Shown here piece after piece: positions 9,692 to 19,688 of a DNA stretch of 64,000 bases. A program made the translations under genes and the position numbers. Numbering within the stretch: the stretch's first letter is position 1; the number at the start of each line of letters is the position of its first letter. The DNA is from Bacteroides fragilis (lineage in GTDB: Bacteria; Bacteroidota; Bacteroidia; Bacteroidales; DTGW01). Under the pieces are notes generated by a model. It saw nothing but the letters and a program-made list of their open reading frames with translations. It did no database searches and had not been told where the DNA came from. The stretch covers positions 6,961-70,960 of the forward strand of contig CAMDBI010000015.1 in NCBI GenBank assembly GCA_945889005.1, read 5' to 3'.

Positions 9692-10414
9692 TTAATTAAT
9701 AAATTTTTTAAGTTCTTCTGGTTTTATCAATCCTTCGTAAAAAGCTTTGCCAATAACCACAGCATCGACATTGGCATCGTTGAGCTCTTCTATTTCGGCA
9801 ACCGACGACACACCTCCACTTGCAATAAGCTTACAATGCGGGAAACGTTGCACAATTTCTTTGTAAAGCCCAATAGCAGAACCTTGCATCATACCATCTT
9901 TGCTTATGTCGGTACACAGAAAGTGTTTGTAGCCCGAATGTAAATAATTGTCGATAAAGAAAAACAAATCGATGGTCGAATCTTCTAACCAGCCCGAAAT
10001 GCTAATTTTCTGATCTTTACTATCGGCTCCAACTATTATTTTATCGGCACCATAGCGCGCTAACCATTGGTCGACTAGCTCTTTGTTTTTAACTGCAAGA
10101 CTTCCGAGTGTAACCATTTGAGCACCACATTCAAATACAATATTTAAGTCGGTTTCGGTTTTAATACCTCCTCCAAAGTCTACAAGCAAACTGGTTTTAG
10201 AGGCTATATTTTCAAGTACTTTGTTATTGATAATACGTCCGGCCTTAGCTCCGTCTAAGTCGACCAAATGAAGACGTTTAAACCCAAAACCCTCGAAATA
10301 CTTAGCTACTTCTGTCGGATTCTCGTTATAAACCTTTTGGGTATTGTAGTCTCCCTTGGTCAGACGTACACACTTTCCGTCAATCAGGTCAATAGCAGGA
10401 ATAATGTTAATCAT
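9692..10414 (-). CDS. hisA: ProFAR isomerase
   Basis: IIPAIDLIDGKCVRL, HLVDLDGA, TDISKDG. Confidence 0.97.
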   Translation of the reverse strand: MINIIPAIDLIDGKCVRLTKGDYNTQKVYNENPTEVAKYFEGFGFKRLHLVDLDGAKAGRIINNKVLENIASKTSLLVDFGGGIKTETDLNIVFECGAQMVTLGSLAVKNKELVDQWLARYGADKIIVGADSKDQKISISGWLEDSTIDLFFFIDNYLHSGYKHFLCTDISKDGMMQGSAIGLYKEIVQRFPHCKLIASGGVSSVAEIEELNDANVDAVVIGKAFYEGLIKPEELKKFIN

Positions 10415-10417
10415 ATT

Positions 10418-11821
10418 TTATTGTTTAATCTGGTATAAAGTTATATAAATTCGACTACTAGAAAATGTTTTTATAGCTGTATAATTTTTTTCGATCAATT
10501 CAAACTCCTGGTCTGTAAGGTTATATACATTTGAATAAAAAACATATTTGTTGAAACCATCGAAACTACTAAAGCTTCGTTTATCGCCACTCAAGTCAAC
10601 ATCGTCGATACTACATTCGTTCGGGAAAAAGCTTGCAGTTTTTTCAACAGCTACTCCTTGTTTGTTCATGTATTGAATGGCTTCATTTCTCAAATTAAAA
10701 TAAGGTATGTGTGCCAATGAAGCATCCCAACCCTGTGCTACTTTTTGAGGATATATCCAGAAATTTCCGGTTATCAATCCGATTAAAAGCATGAAATAAA
10801 TAAGTTTTTGATATTTTTTTATATTTTCAAGAAATTTAAAAGCTATTAAAATCAGTGTAAGAAACGATGCTATAAAATATCTATGAGCAAACGAATTGGT
10901 CGACAACAGACTAACCAATGCAATGATAATCACAGAACTTACTGTCAAAAGAAGTAATTGTTTTATTTTCAGATCATTTAACAGTGCTGTTTTTTTCAAT
11001 ATTATAAGAAAAATAAAACCCAACACGAAAACACGTCCAAAGTCGGCGTACCAACGAGCCAATGTGAAAATATTAAATGCAAATATTTTAACAGAAGCGA
11101 AGTGCCACAAGCTTTCCCATGGAGAGCCCGGATGTGTTTGTAACCAACCCTTTGTAGATAATCGCCAAATTACATAAACCAATGCTGGAATCGACCCAAT
11201 TAAATAGGTTAAAATAACATCTCGGGTAAAAAAAGCTTTTAACTTTAATCTATTGATAAGCAAATGATTAAACAATTCAAATAGAAAAATACCTGCACAC
11301 AACATCATTCCCCGAAAAGTAACTATACCTAAAAGTGCCAATGAAATAGTTTGAAGAATTCTTTGTTTATTCAACAATGCATTGATAGCCATGAAAAAGA
11401 AAAACAATTGTATTACTTCGGGGTTTACGAGAACCAGCTGAGCAACAAGAGTTGGATCAGCTATAATTAAAGCCAAAGCAGCAATTTGATATTTAAAATC
11501 TTTTACATAATGGCTTATAAACTTATACAACTGCACCAATAATCCAAGTACGAAGGGCAACATGAGCAAATGACTTACCCAAAGCTTATGACCAAGTATT
11601 TTCCAAATAGCAGCAAGCATAAAAGCCAGAAATGGCGGATGTCCCGGATCGAAGGTGTCGGGCATCGAAAGTGCCAAAAAACCATTTTCAAATAAATGAT
11701 TTCCCATTTTCGAAGCAAAAAGCACATTGTCCCAAAACATACCTTGGTTTATAGACACAACAAACAAAAGCAAAGACAATGCTCCTAGCACTATGTATAT
11801 ATATGGGTTTTGAATTTTCAC
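10418..11821 (-). CDS. Polytopic membrane protein, GT-C/ArnT-like glycosyltransferase
   Basis: Many TM helices; WD motif followed by GHPP in the first loop. Confidence 0.6.
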   Translation of the reverse strand: MKIQNPYIYIVLGALSLLLFVVSINQGMFWDNVLFASKMGNHLFENGFLALSMPDTFDPGHPPFLAFMLAAIWKILGHKLWVSHLLMLPFVLGLLVQLYKFISHYVKDFKYQIAALALIIADPTLVAQLVLVNPEVIQLFFFFMAINALLNKQRILQTISLALLGIVTFRGMMLCAGIFLFELFNHLLINRLKLKAFFTRDVILTYLIGSIPALVYVIWRLSTKGWLQTHPGSPWESLWHFASVKIFAFNIFTLARWYADFGRVFVLGFIFLIILKKTALLNDLKIKQLLLLTVSSVIIIALVSLLSTNSFAHRYFIASFLTLILIAFKFLENIKKYQKLIYFMLLIGLITGNFWIYPQKVAQGWDASLAHIPYFNLRNEAIQYMNKQGVAVEKTASFFPNECSIDDVDLSGDKRSFSSFDGFNKYVFYSNVYNLTDQEFELIEKNYTAIKTFSSSRIYITLYQIKQ

Positions 11822-11843
11822 ATTCTCAATTTAACTCAAAAGT

Positions 11844-12425
11844 CTAGAGTTCGATAAAGTTCTTCAATATTTTTTCGCCTACACTTCCACTTTTCTCGGG
11901 GTGAAACTGTGTAGCGTAGAAGTTTGATTTGTTGAGCGAAGCACTGAACTGGTTGATATAATCTGTAGTTGCAATTGTATTTACACCCACTTCGGCATAG
12001 TAACTATGCACAAAATAAACATACTCGCCTTCGATTCCACCCTCGAATAATTTAGTTTTACAGTCCAGAAGAGTATTCCAGCCCATGTGCGGAACTTTAA
12101 GCCGGGGTTCAAATAATCGCACACGTTCGTCGAAAATACCCAAACAATCGGTATTTCCTTCTTCCGAATGCTTACACATCAATTGAAGTCCAAGGCAAAT
12201 ACCCAATACAGGTTGTTTAAGCTCTTTAATTAACAGATCGAGCTTTTGAGCATTCAAAAAAGCCATTGTAGTACTCGCTTCGCCAACTCCCGGAAAAATT
12301 ACCTTATCGGCATTCTTTATTGTCTCAGCATTGCTCGAAATTTCGGCATCAAAACCTAAGCGTTTAAGCGCAAACTCAACCGATTGAATGTTTCCGGCAT
12401 TGTATTTTATTATTACTATCTTCAT
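11844..12425 (-). CDS. hisH: Imidazole glycerol phosphate synthase glutaminase subunit
   Basis: PGVG, GICLGLQ, YFVHSY, QFHPEKS. Confidence 0.97.
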   Translation of the reverse strand: MKIVIIKYNAGNIQSVEFALKRLGFDAEISSNAETIKNADKVIFPGVGEASTTMAFLNAQKLDLLIKELKQPVLGICLGLQLMCKHSEEGNTDCLGIFDERVRLFEPRLKVPHMGWNTLLDCKTKLFEGGIEGEYVYFVHSYYAEVGVNTIATTDYINQFSASLNKSNFYATQFHPEKSGSVGEKILKNFIEL

Positions 12426-12513
12426 AAAAATAATTTGAAAATGACAAATTATGAAGTGCGCAAATGATTTTGATTTTCAAATTTACACATTTTCACACTT
12501 ACACATTTGCTTA

Positions 12514-13374
12514 TTAATTAAAAACAACTGTTTTGTTGTTGTACACTATGGTTTTGTGTTGCAAGTGCAGCGAAATAGCTCTGGACAAAACTATTTTTTC
12601 CAAATCGCGTCCTTTCATCACCAAATTGTCAATACTGTCTTTATGACTTATGCGCGTTACATCTTGATCGATAATTGGACCTTCGTCTAAGTCGTTTGTA
12701 ACGTAATGACTGGTGGCCCCAATAATCTTTACCCCCCGTTTATAAGCCGAATGGTATGGCTTTGCTCCCGGAAATGCCGGCAAAAACGAGTGGTGAATAT
12801 TTATAATTTTGTTTGGATAATAATCTATAAAGTTGCCCGACAATACCTGCATATACCGCGCCAATACGATAAAGTCAATTTTATGATCTTGTAAGAGTTT
12901 CAAATGCGTTTTTTCGGCTTCTGCTTTATTGTCAGAAGTAACAGGAATATAATGAAATGGTATTCCAAACTTCTGGGCAACCGGCTCCAAAGTTTCATGA
13001 TTACTGATAATAAGCGGTATTTCTACATTCCATTCATTATCCATATAGCGGGCAAGTATATCGAACATACAATGTGGCATTTTTGATACCATTAATGCCA
13101 TTCGATGAATATAATTGTTAAAATACAGGTCAAACTTCATATTGTACAATTGACCAATCTGTATCTGAAAAAAATCGGCAATTTTGTCGTTTGGAATCAG
13201 AAAATTATTCAAATCCCATTCAACCCGCATAAAAAAAACTTTTTCTTCCATATCGACATGTTGGTCGAGAAAAAGAATATTCCCCCTATTGTTGTCCAAA
13301 AATTCTGTAACTTTTGCTACAATACCCTGTTGATCTGGACAGTGAATCAATAATATAGCTGTATTAATATTCAT
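12514..13374 (-). CDS. purU: Formyltetrahydrofolate deformylase
   Basis: N-terminal ACT domain (CPDQQGIVA), LARYMQVLS, INIHHSFLPAF, GATSHYVT. Confidence 0.96.
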   Translation of the reverse strand: MNINTAILLIHCPDQQGIVAKVTEFLDNNRGNILFLDQHVDMEEKVFFMRVEWDLNNFLIPNDKIADFFQIQIGQLYNMKFDLYFNNYIHRMALMVSKMPHCMFDILARYMDNEWNVEIPLIISNHETLEPVAQKFGIPFHYIPVTSDNKAEAEKTHLKLLQDHKIDFIVLARYMQVLSGNFIDYYPNKIINIHHSFLPAFPGAKPYHSAYKRGVKIIGATSHYVTNDLDEGPIIDQDVTRISHKDSIDNLVMKGRDLEKIVLSRAISLHLQHKTIVYNNKTVVFN

Positions 13375-13469
13375 ATTATTTTAAATTCTAATATTCTGAA
13401 ATTTAAAAAGTCATTACTAATTACTATTTTGACTTTTGAATTTTATCATTAGTCATTTGTCATTAGTAA

Positions 13470-14597
13470 TTATAATACCCCTTTGGTACTTGGCAATTGA
13501 GAATTGAACGGATCGCGTCGAAGTGCCATTTTGAGTGATTTGGCAAATGCTTTGAAAACACCTTCAATTTTGTGATGTTCGTTATCGCCTTCAACTTTTA
13601 TGTTAAGATTGCACTTTGCCGAATCGGTAAACGATTTAAAGAAATGATAAAACATTTCGGTTGGCATATCGCCAATTTTCTCGCGTTTAAACTCAGCATC
13701 CCATACAAGCCAATTGCGACCTCCAAAATCTATGGCAACCTGCGCCAAACATTCGTCCATAGGCAAACAAAATCCATAACGTTCGAGACCTGCTTTAGAA
13801 CCAATGGCTTTGGCAATTGCATCGCCCAGAGCAATTGCAGTATCTTCTATTGTATGATGTTCATCTACGCTTAAGTCGCCCTGTACTTCTATTTTGAGAT
13901 CAAATATGGCATGACGACCAATCTGTTCAAGCATGTGATCGAAAAAACCTAATCCTGTATTTATATGACAATCGCCTTGGCCGTCGAGGTTAATCAGAAT
14001 ATTGATATCGGTTTCATTGGTTTTGCGCATTACATGTACTTGTCGTTGAGAAAGAGCAATATGCGAATATATTTTTTCCCAGTCGGTTGTTACAAGGCTA
14101 CATGAGCGCGACAGCTTATTATCTATTATTTCTTGGCGTTTCGTGTCATCTCCAATTAAAATACCTTTTGCCCCAAGGTTTTTAGCCAATATAATATCGG
14201 TAAGCCTGTCGCCAATTACAAAAGAATTATCAAGGTCGTAAGTGCCGTCCATGTATTTAGTAAGTAATCCGGTATTGGGTTTACGAGTAGGAAGGTTTTC
14301 TTCGGGAAACGATTTGTCTACAAGAATATTGTCAAAAACAATTCCTTCGTTTTTAAAACAGGTAAGCATTTTCGACTGTATCGATTCAAATCGCTCGTTG
14401 GGATAGGCCTTGGTTCCCAATCCATCCTGATTAGTAACAATCACCAACTCAAAATCGAGATTTTTCCGAATATTATATAAGATTCTGAACACCTTAGGTA
14501 GAAACTCAAGTTGATCAAGTGTATCTACCTGAAATGTAACTGGAGGTTCTACAATTAATGTTCCATCGCGATCGATAAATAATGCTCGTTTTTTCAT
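13470..14597 (-). CDS. hisB: Bifunctional histidinol-phosphatase / IGP dehydratase
   Basis: FIDRDGT HAD motif; [21 protein letters not shown]. Confidence 0.97.
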   Translation of the reverse strand: MKKRALFIDRDGTLIVEPPVTFQVDTLDQLEFLPKVFRILYNIRKNLDFELVIVTNQDGLGTKAYPNERFESIQSKMLTCFKNEGIVFDNILVDKSFPEENLPTRKPNTGLLTKYMDGTYDLDNSFVIGDRLTDIILAKNLGAKGILIGDDTKRQEIIDNKLSRSCSLVTTDWEKIYSHIALSQRQVHVMRKTNETDINILINLDGQGDCHINTGLGFFDHMLEQIGRHAIFDLKIEVQGDLSVDEHHTIEDTAIALGDAIAKAIGSKAGLERYGFCLPMDECLAQVAIDFGGRNWLVWDAEFKREKIGDMPTEMFYHFFKSFTDSAKCNLNIKVEGDNEHHKIEGVFKAFAKSLKMALRRDPFNSQLPSTKGVL

Positions 14598-14612
14598 TCT
14601 AAATGGAAATAT

Positions 14613-15644
14613 CTAATATTTTTTTAAACAATCATATAATGCTTTATTCTCGTCGTCAGTACCTACAGTAATTCGAAGGCAGCCAGAACAGAGGCTTATA
14701 TTGTTTCTATTTCGTACAATTATTTTATTTACGACCAAATAATCGTACACTTTATTTGGTTCGTCAACTTTTGCCAGAAAAAAATTGGCATCCGAATTGT
14801 AAACTTTCTTAACCAATGGCAATGAATTTAAATCGTTCATAAGCCCCGAACGGTTATTGTTGATTTGCTCAACCCATTGTTCTTTTTTACCAACCAGATT
14901 TAATGCCTCATATACATATTCTTGTGTAAGTTGGTTAATGTTATAGGGGTATTTGATCTTGTTAAAAACCGAAACTATTTCTTTGTGGGCAAAAGCCATT
15001 CCTAGTCGCACAGCTGCCAATCCCCATGCCTTTGATAGCGTATGCAAAATAACAATATTAGGATATTGAGGCAATTCATCGACAAAACTTTGGGTATCGG
15101 CAAAATCGATATAAGCCTCATCAATTACTACAATTCCATTAAAGCCATTAAGTATTTTATATATTTCATTTCTATCCAAAAGATTACCACTTGGATTGTT
15201 TGGCGAACAAAGAAATATTATTTTGGTCTTGCTGTCGCAGGCCTGCAATACACTCAATGCATCGAGTGTAAAATCGTTGTTGAGCTTTACTTTGCGGTAT
15301 TCGACATTATTGATATCGGCAGCAACCACATACATACCATAAGTAGGGTCGATGGCAACAATATTATCGACCCCAGGGTCGCAAAATGCACGAATAACTA
15401 TATCGATAGGTTCATCGCTACCATTACCCAAAAAAATATTTTCAAACGAAACTCCTTTCAACTCCGAAATTCGACCTTTAAGCTTTCTTTGAAGTGGATC
15501 GGGGTAGCGATTGTACTTTTCGCGATACGGATTTTCGTTGGCATCGAGAAATACAGCCTCTCCTCCTTGATACTCGTCGCGAGCACTCGAATATGGCTTC
15601 AGTTCAAGTATGTTTTTTCGAAGTAATTTTTTAAAATTTTCCAT
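14613..15644 (-). CDS. hisC: Histidinol-phosphate aminotransferase
   Basis: LDANENP, NRYPDP, SPNNPSG, DEAY, TLSKAWGLA. Confidence 0.96.
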   Translation of the reverse strand: MENFKKLLRKNILELKPYSSARDEYQGGEAVFLDANENPYREKYNRYPDPLQRKLKGRISELKGVSFENIFLGNGSDEPIDIVIRAFCDPGVDNIVAIDPTYGMYVVAADINNVEYRKVKLNNDFTLDALSVLQACDSKTKIIFLCSPNNPSGNLLDRNEIYKILNGFNGIVVIDEAYIDFADTQSFVDELPQYPNIVILHTLSKAWGLAAVRLGMAFAHKEIVSVFNKIKYPYNINQLTQEYVYEALNLVGKKEQWVEQINNNRSGLMNDLNSLPLVKKVYNSDANFFLAKVDEPNKVYDYLVVNKIIVRNRNNISLCSGCLRITVGTDDENKALYDCLKKY

Positions 15645-15706
15645 CTTCTTACTTAAAAATCAACTAATCATCTTTTCATTAGTAATTAGTCATTTGTCAT
15701 TAGTAA

Positions 15707-16993
15707 TTACTTAAGTATTTTCTTTAATCTCAACGTCACAGCATTTTTATGTCCATGCAGGGCTTCCAGTTCGGCCATTTCTTCGATTGCAGGTCCAATA
15801 TTAAAAAGACCGTATTCACTAATTTGCTGAAAAGTAACTTTTTTGACAAAGCTATCGAGGTTTAGACCGCTATATACTCGGGCATTGCCATTGGTAGGCA
15901 ATGTATGATTTGTTCCCGATGCATAATCGCCTGCACTTTCGGGAGTAAGATGACCCAAGAAAACAGATCCGGCATTTATTACTTTATCGCCAAACCTTTC
16001 TGGATTGTCGGTTGCAATAATCAAATGCTCTGGTGCATAATTGTTCATCAATGCCATCAATTCATTTTCATCTTTTAAAATAATGGCTTTGCTATTATTA
16101 AGTGCTTCTTTGGCAATATCTTTACGTGGCAACTCTTCGAGTTGCTTATTCAATGCATTTAGTACTGGGTTTATAATATTCTCGTCGGTAGTAACAAGCA
16201 TAACCTGGCTATCGATACCATGTTCGGCTTGTGCAAGAAGGTCTGCAGCAACATAATCGGGATTACTTGTTTTATCGGCAATAACGGCAACTTCCGAAGG
16301 CCCCGCAGGCATATCGATTACAACACCTTGGCGGCTTACCATTTGCTTGGCGCAGGTTACATATTGGTTTCCGGGTCCAAATATTTTATAAACACCCGGT
16401 ATAGTTTCTGTACCATATGCCATAGCTGCTATAGCTTGCACACCACCTACTTTATATATTTTGGTAACACCCGAAATTGATGCTGTGTAGAGAATTGCTG
16501 GGTTCACTTTTCCACCTGTTCTAGGAGGCGAACAAAGTACAATTTCTTTACAGCCTGCAATGGCTGCAGGTACTGCCAACATTAATACTGTTGAAAAAAG
16601 CGGTGCCGTACCTCCAGGAATGTAGAGCCCAACTTTCTCAATAGGTGTAGCTTTTTGCCAACATTTAACACCTGGAGTTGTCTCTAAAGGCCTACAATTG
16701 CATTGTTGATATTTGTGAAACCTCTCAACGTTCGATTTAGCTAGCTTAATAGCTTTTTTAAGAGACTCAGGTACAAGCTTAGTTGCTTCTTCAATCTCTT
16801 CCCTTGACACTAATAGGTTTTCGATCTGAACTTGATCAAATTTCTCCGAATATTTTTTTACAGCCCGATCGCCATTTTGCTTAACATCATTCAAAATTTC
16901 TCCTACTACCGACTCAAGGTTTTTAATCTCAAAAACAGGACGTTTTAAAATCTCTGCCCATATCGAAGGGCTAGGGTATTTAATTGTTTCCAT
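15707..16993 (-). CDS. hisD: Histidinol dehydrogenase
   Basis: [37 protein letters not shown]; start corrected to ATG 16993. Confidence 0.97.
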   Translation of the reverse strand: METIKYPSPSIWAEILKRPVFEIKNLESVVGEILNDVKQNGDRAVKKYSEKFDQVQIENLLVSREEIEEATKLVPESLKKAIKLAKSNVERFHKYQQCNCRPLETTPGVKCWQKATPIEKVGLYIPGGTAPLFSTVLMLAVPAAIAGCKEIVLCSPPRTGGKVNPAILYTASISGVTKIYKVGGVQAIAAMAYGTETIPGVYKIFGPGNQYVTCAKQMVSRQGVVIDMPAGPSEVAVIADKTSNPDYVAADLLAQAEHGIDSQVMLVTTDENIINPVLNALNKQLEELPRKDIAKEALNNSKAIILKDENELMALMNNYAPEHLIIATDNPERFGDKVINAGSVFLGHLTPESAGDYASGTNHTLPTNGNARVYSGLNLDSFVKKVTFQQISEYGLFNIGPAIEEMAELEALHGHKNAVTLRLKKILK

Positions 16994-16999
16994 AAAATA

Positions 17000-17103
17000 A
17001 ATGTGATAATGTGAAAATATGCAAATATGCAAATATGAAAATGTAAAAATATGGAAATAAGGACTTTGAATTTGCACATTTCCACATTTGTCATTCTCAC
17101 ATT
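17000..17103. repeat. Two opposed 8-bp tandem arrays between hisG and hisD
   Basis: AATGTGAT/AATGTGAA/AATATGCA units followed by complementary-type TTGCACAT/TTCCACAT units. Confidence 0.85.
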
Positions 17104-17960
17104 TAAATAATCATTTTTTCAATAGGAATAACTAGTATTCCTTCTGCACCGGCTGCTTGAAGCTTGTCGATCACTTGCCAAAAGTCTTTTTCGCTTACAA
17201 CCGAGTGTAACGAACTCCATCCTTCGCGTGCCAAAGGTACAATAGACGGGCTTTTCATGCCCGGAATTACTTTAATAATATCGTTAACCTTATCGTTTGG
17301 GGCATTCAGTAGTATATATTTGTTCTTTTTCCCTTTCTGTACGGCACGAAAACGAAACAAAATATCGTTCATAAGATCTTTCTTAGCCTTCGAAATATTT
17401 TTATGAGCAATCATGGCAGCTTCAGAGTGAAGAACAACTTCTACTTCTTTAAGATTGTTGCTAAACAATGTACTTCCCGAGCTCACAATATCAAATATCG
17501 AATCGGCAAGCCCAATTCCGGGTGCTATTTCTACCGAACCACTAATCTCATGTATTTCGGCCTTTACATTGTTTTCTTTCAGAAATTTTTCGAGAATAAT
17601 TGGGTAACTGGTTGCTATTTTCTTTCCATTGAAATAGCCAACACCATTGTATTCCTCCGTTTTAGGAATGGCAAGTGATATACGACACCTGCCAAATCCA
17701 AGTTTTTCGACAATATCTACAGGTTTGCTTTTCTCAAAAACCACATTTTCGCCAACTATACCGGCATCGGCAACACCATCGGCAACATACTGAGGTATAT
17801 CGTCGTCGCGAAGAAATAATATTTCTAAGGGAAAATCGGGAGAACTTGCAATTAATCTGCCACTTCCGGCATTAATACTTATTCCACATTCTGCAAATAG
17901 TGCTTGCGATTTTTCACTCAAACGCCCCGATTTCTGAATTGCAATTTTTAATTTTTCCAT
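17103..17960 (-). CDS. hisG: ATP phosphoribosyltransferase (long form)
   Basis: IAIQKSGRL, RDDDIP, GSVEIAP, DIVSSGSTL. Confidence 0.97.
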   Translation of the reverse strand: MEKLKIAIQKSGRLSEKSQALFAECGISINAGSGRLIASSPDFPLEILFLRDDDIPQYVADGVADAGIVGENVVFEKSKPVDIVEKLGFGRCRISLAIPKTEEYNGVGYFNGKKIATSYPIILEKFLKENNVKAEIHEISGSVEIAPGIGLADSIFDIVSSGSTLFSNNLKEVEVVLHSEAAMIAHKNISKAKKDLMNDILFRFRAVQKGKKNKYILLNAPNDKVNDIIKVIPGMKSPSIVPLAREGWSSLHSVVSEKDFWQVIDKLQAAGAEGILVIPIEKMII

Positions 17961-17981
17961 TAAATCTGTTACTTTTAAACG

Positions 17982-18012
17982 AAAAAAGGTCTGCAGAAAG
18001 CTGCAAACCTTT
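17982..18012 (-). terminator. his attenuator terminator
   Basis: Minus strand AAAGGTTTGCAG-CTTT-CTGCAGACCTTTTTT between the leader and hisG. Confidence 0.88.
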
Positions 18013-18065
18013 GACCGATATATTATTAATATTCGATTTTATTTACATTTTTCAACATATACCCA

Positions 18066-18137
18066 TTAAGGCAACAATCGTCCATGATGGTGATGATGCA
18101 TTGGAATAGATAGGATATGTGTTGTTTGTTTATTCAT
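18066..18137 (-). CDS. hisL: his operon leader peptide MNKQTTHILSIPMHHHHHGRLLP
   Basis: Five tandem His codons in a 23-aa ORF upstream of the terminator and hisG. Confidence 0.9.
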   Translation of the reverse strand: MNKQTTHILSIPMHHHHHGRLLP

Positions 18138-18158
18138 TTTACAAATTTCCTTGTTTGG

Positions 18159-18166
18159 CAAAAATA
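18159..18166 (-). promoter_or_regulatory. Bacteroidota -7 promoter element for the his leader
   Basis: TATTTTTG matches TAnnTTTG, about 20 bp upstream of the leader ATG. Confidence 0.6.
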
Positions 18167-18274
18167 ATAAAAAAAATTAATTTGAAAATGCCAAATGTGA
18201 AAATTGAATATGTAAATTCAATTGTTCGTTAAAAATATTATTTCCTCATTTGAAATCTGCACATTAGTCATTAG

Positions 18275-19201
18275 TTATATCCCCCCCCCATCGCTAAACA
18301 TATTTTCCTTAGCTCGTTGTTGTATAATTTTAGAATAGGGGGGTAAATCGTAAGTAACCCAAACGTTTCCTCCTACTACAGAGCCCTTTCCAATGGTAAT
18401 ACGACCCAAGATAGTGGCATGTGAGTAAATTGTAACTTCGTCTTCGACAATTGGGTGGCGTGGTATACCTTTTATTGGGTTGCCCTGTGCATCGACCGGA
18501 AAACTCTTGGCTCCCAGCGTTACACCCTGATACAACATAACATTATTGCCAATTATACACGTTTCACCTATTACAATTCCTGTGCCGTGGTCTATAGTAA
18601 AGTAGTCGCCAATGCTTGCCCCCGGATGAATATCGATACCTGTTTCGGAATGTGCCATCTCAGAAATAATACGAGGTATTATCGGAACGCCCAATTTAAA
18701 AAAAGAATTGGCTATTCGATAGTTTGTAATTGCTTTAATTCCCGGGTATGCAAATATTATTTCGCCATACGATTTCGCTGCCGGATCGTTCAAAAAAGTA
18801 GCATGCACATCTTTTGATAATTTTTCGCGCAGAAAAGGCAATTGTTCAATATACTTCAATGCAATGCTGTCTCCATCTGCTTTACATTCGTTGCAGCTAG
18901 CATCAAATTGGTTGTCGCAATTGAAGCAAAACCCATTATTTATTTGCCGAACAAGTAGTTTGTAAAGATTATCGACATTGACACCCAGATAATATTTCAT
19001 GGAGTCTGGCTTTATTGCTTGATTACCAAAAAAACCCGGAAATAAAATCTCTCTTGTTAAATCGACAATTTCTTTAATTGCATTGACCGACAGTATTTCT
19101 TGATTTTTTAATGGATGATGATAGCTGCTTTCATACGATTTGGGGTCAGATAATGTCTTTATTACTTTGCCCAGTTCATGGGAAATATGTTGTGCATTCA
19201 T
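18275..19201 (-). CDS. cysE: Serine O-acetyltransferase (EpsC/CysE type)
   Basis: DPAA, TGIDIHPGA, IDHGTGIVIGET, RHP hexapeptide-repeat domain. Confidence 0.93.
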   Translation of the reverse strand: MNAQHISHELGKVIKTLSDPKSYESSYHHPLKNQEILSVNAIKEIVDLTREILFPGFFGNQAIKPDSMKYYLGVNVDNLYKLLVRQINNGFCFNCDNQFDASCNECKADGDSIALKYIEQLPFLREKLSKDVHATFLNDPAAKSYGEIIFAYPGIKAITNYRIANSFFKLGVPIIPRIISEMAHSETGIDIHPGASIGDYFTIDHGTGIVIGETCIIGNNVMLYQGVTLGAKSFPVDAQGNPIKGIPRHPIVEDEVTIYSHATILGRITIGKGSVVGGNVWVTYDLPPYSKIIQQRAKENMFSDGGGI

Positions 19202-19243
19202 AGAGAATGATTTTTTAATAATTAAGATATGGAAAATTGAAAC

Positions 19244-19278
19244 AAAAAAAATCGAATGTTGTTTATTTACAACATCGA
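19244..19278 (-). terminator. Attenuator terminator overlapping the Cys leader
   Basis: Minus strand TCGATGTTGT-AAATAA-ACAACATTCGA followed by T8. Confidence 0.8.
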
Positions 19279-19319
19279 CAACAACAAAATGAAAATGCTA
19301 TGAAGGAAAGGTGAAGCAT
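19263..19319 (-). CDS. Cys-rich leader peptide MLHLSFIAFSFCCCRCCK
   Basis: 18-aa ORF with five TGT codons, directly upstream of serine acetyltransferase. Confidence 0.82.
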   Translation of the reverse strand: MLHLSFIAFSFCCCRCCK

Positions 19320-19337
19320 TTGAAAAGTAATTTTTTA

Positions 19338-19367
19338 CAAAAATACAAAACTGATTGAAATAACAAA
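19338..19367 (-). promoter_or_regulatory. Bacteroidota promoter for the Cys leader and cysE
   Basis: TTTG (19367-19364), 18-nt spacer, TATTTTTG (19345-19338). Confidence 0.65.
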
Positions 19368-19391
19368 TTATTTTGTAATTTATTATTTATA

Positions 19392-19562
19392 GGGCATCTC
19401 TAAAAACTGCTTTTTTGCTACGCTGAGCCCTTCGGGGTTCTTTGTTAGACTTCATTTTTAAAGTCCTCATTTCGGCTGTCGCTCAGTGAAACACATTTAC
19501 TGTAGTAAACTCAGGGTTTAAAAATTCGTCCGCCTCAAAAAATCGAGTTTTTAGAGACGCCC
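19392..19562. mobile_element. MITE-like element, 171 bp
   Basis: 17-bp terminal inverted repeats GGGCATCTCTAAAAACT / AGTTTTTAGAGACGCCC (1 mismatch); no ORF; no clear target duplication. Confidence 0.7.
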
Positions 19563-19688
19563 ACAAGTCGAAGTAATTGAAAAATCTAGATTCAAAAAGT
19601 TTTGCTGGACAACAATGTTAAATTTTGAATTAAATTTTGAACTTTTTTGCTAAAAAATTTGTTAGTTTTGAAGTTTAATAGATTTTGT

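Noticed and set aside
9545-9943. 132-aa plus-strand ORF
   Set aside because: Overlaps hisA antisense; the meaningful signal here is the minus-strand four-helix-bundle remnant
16994-17077. N-terminal extension of HisD (also the extensions on HisF and the 44337 permease)
   Set aside because: Translations of intergenic tandem repeats; conserved starts lie downstream
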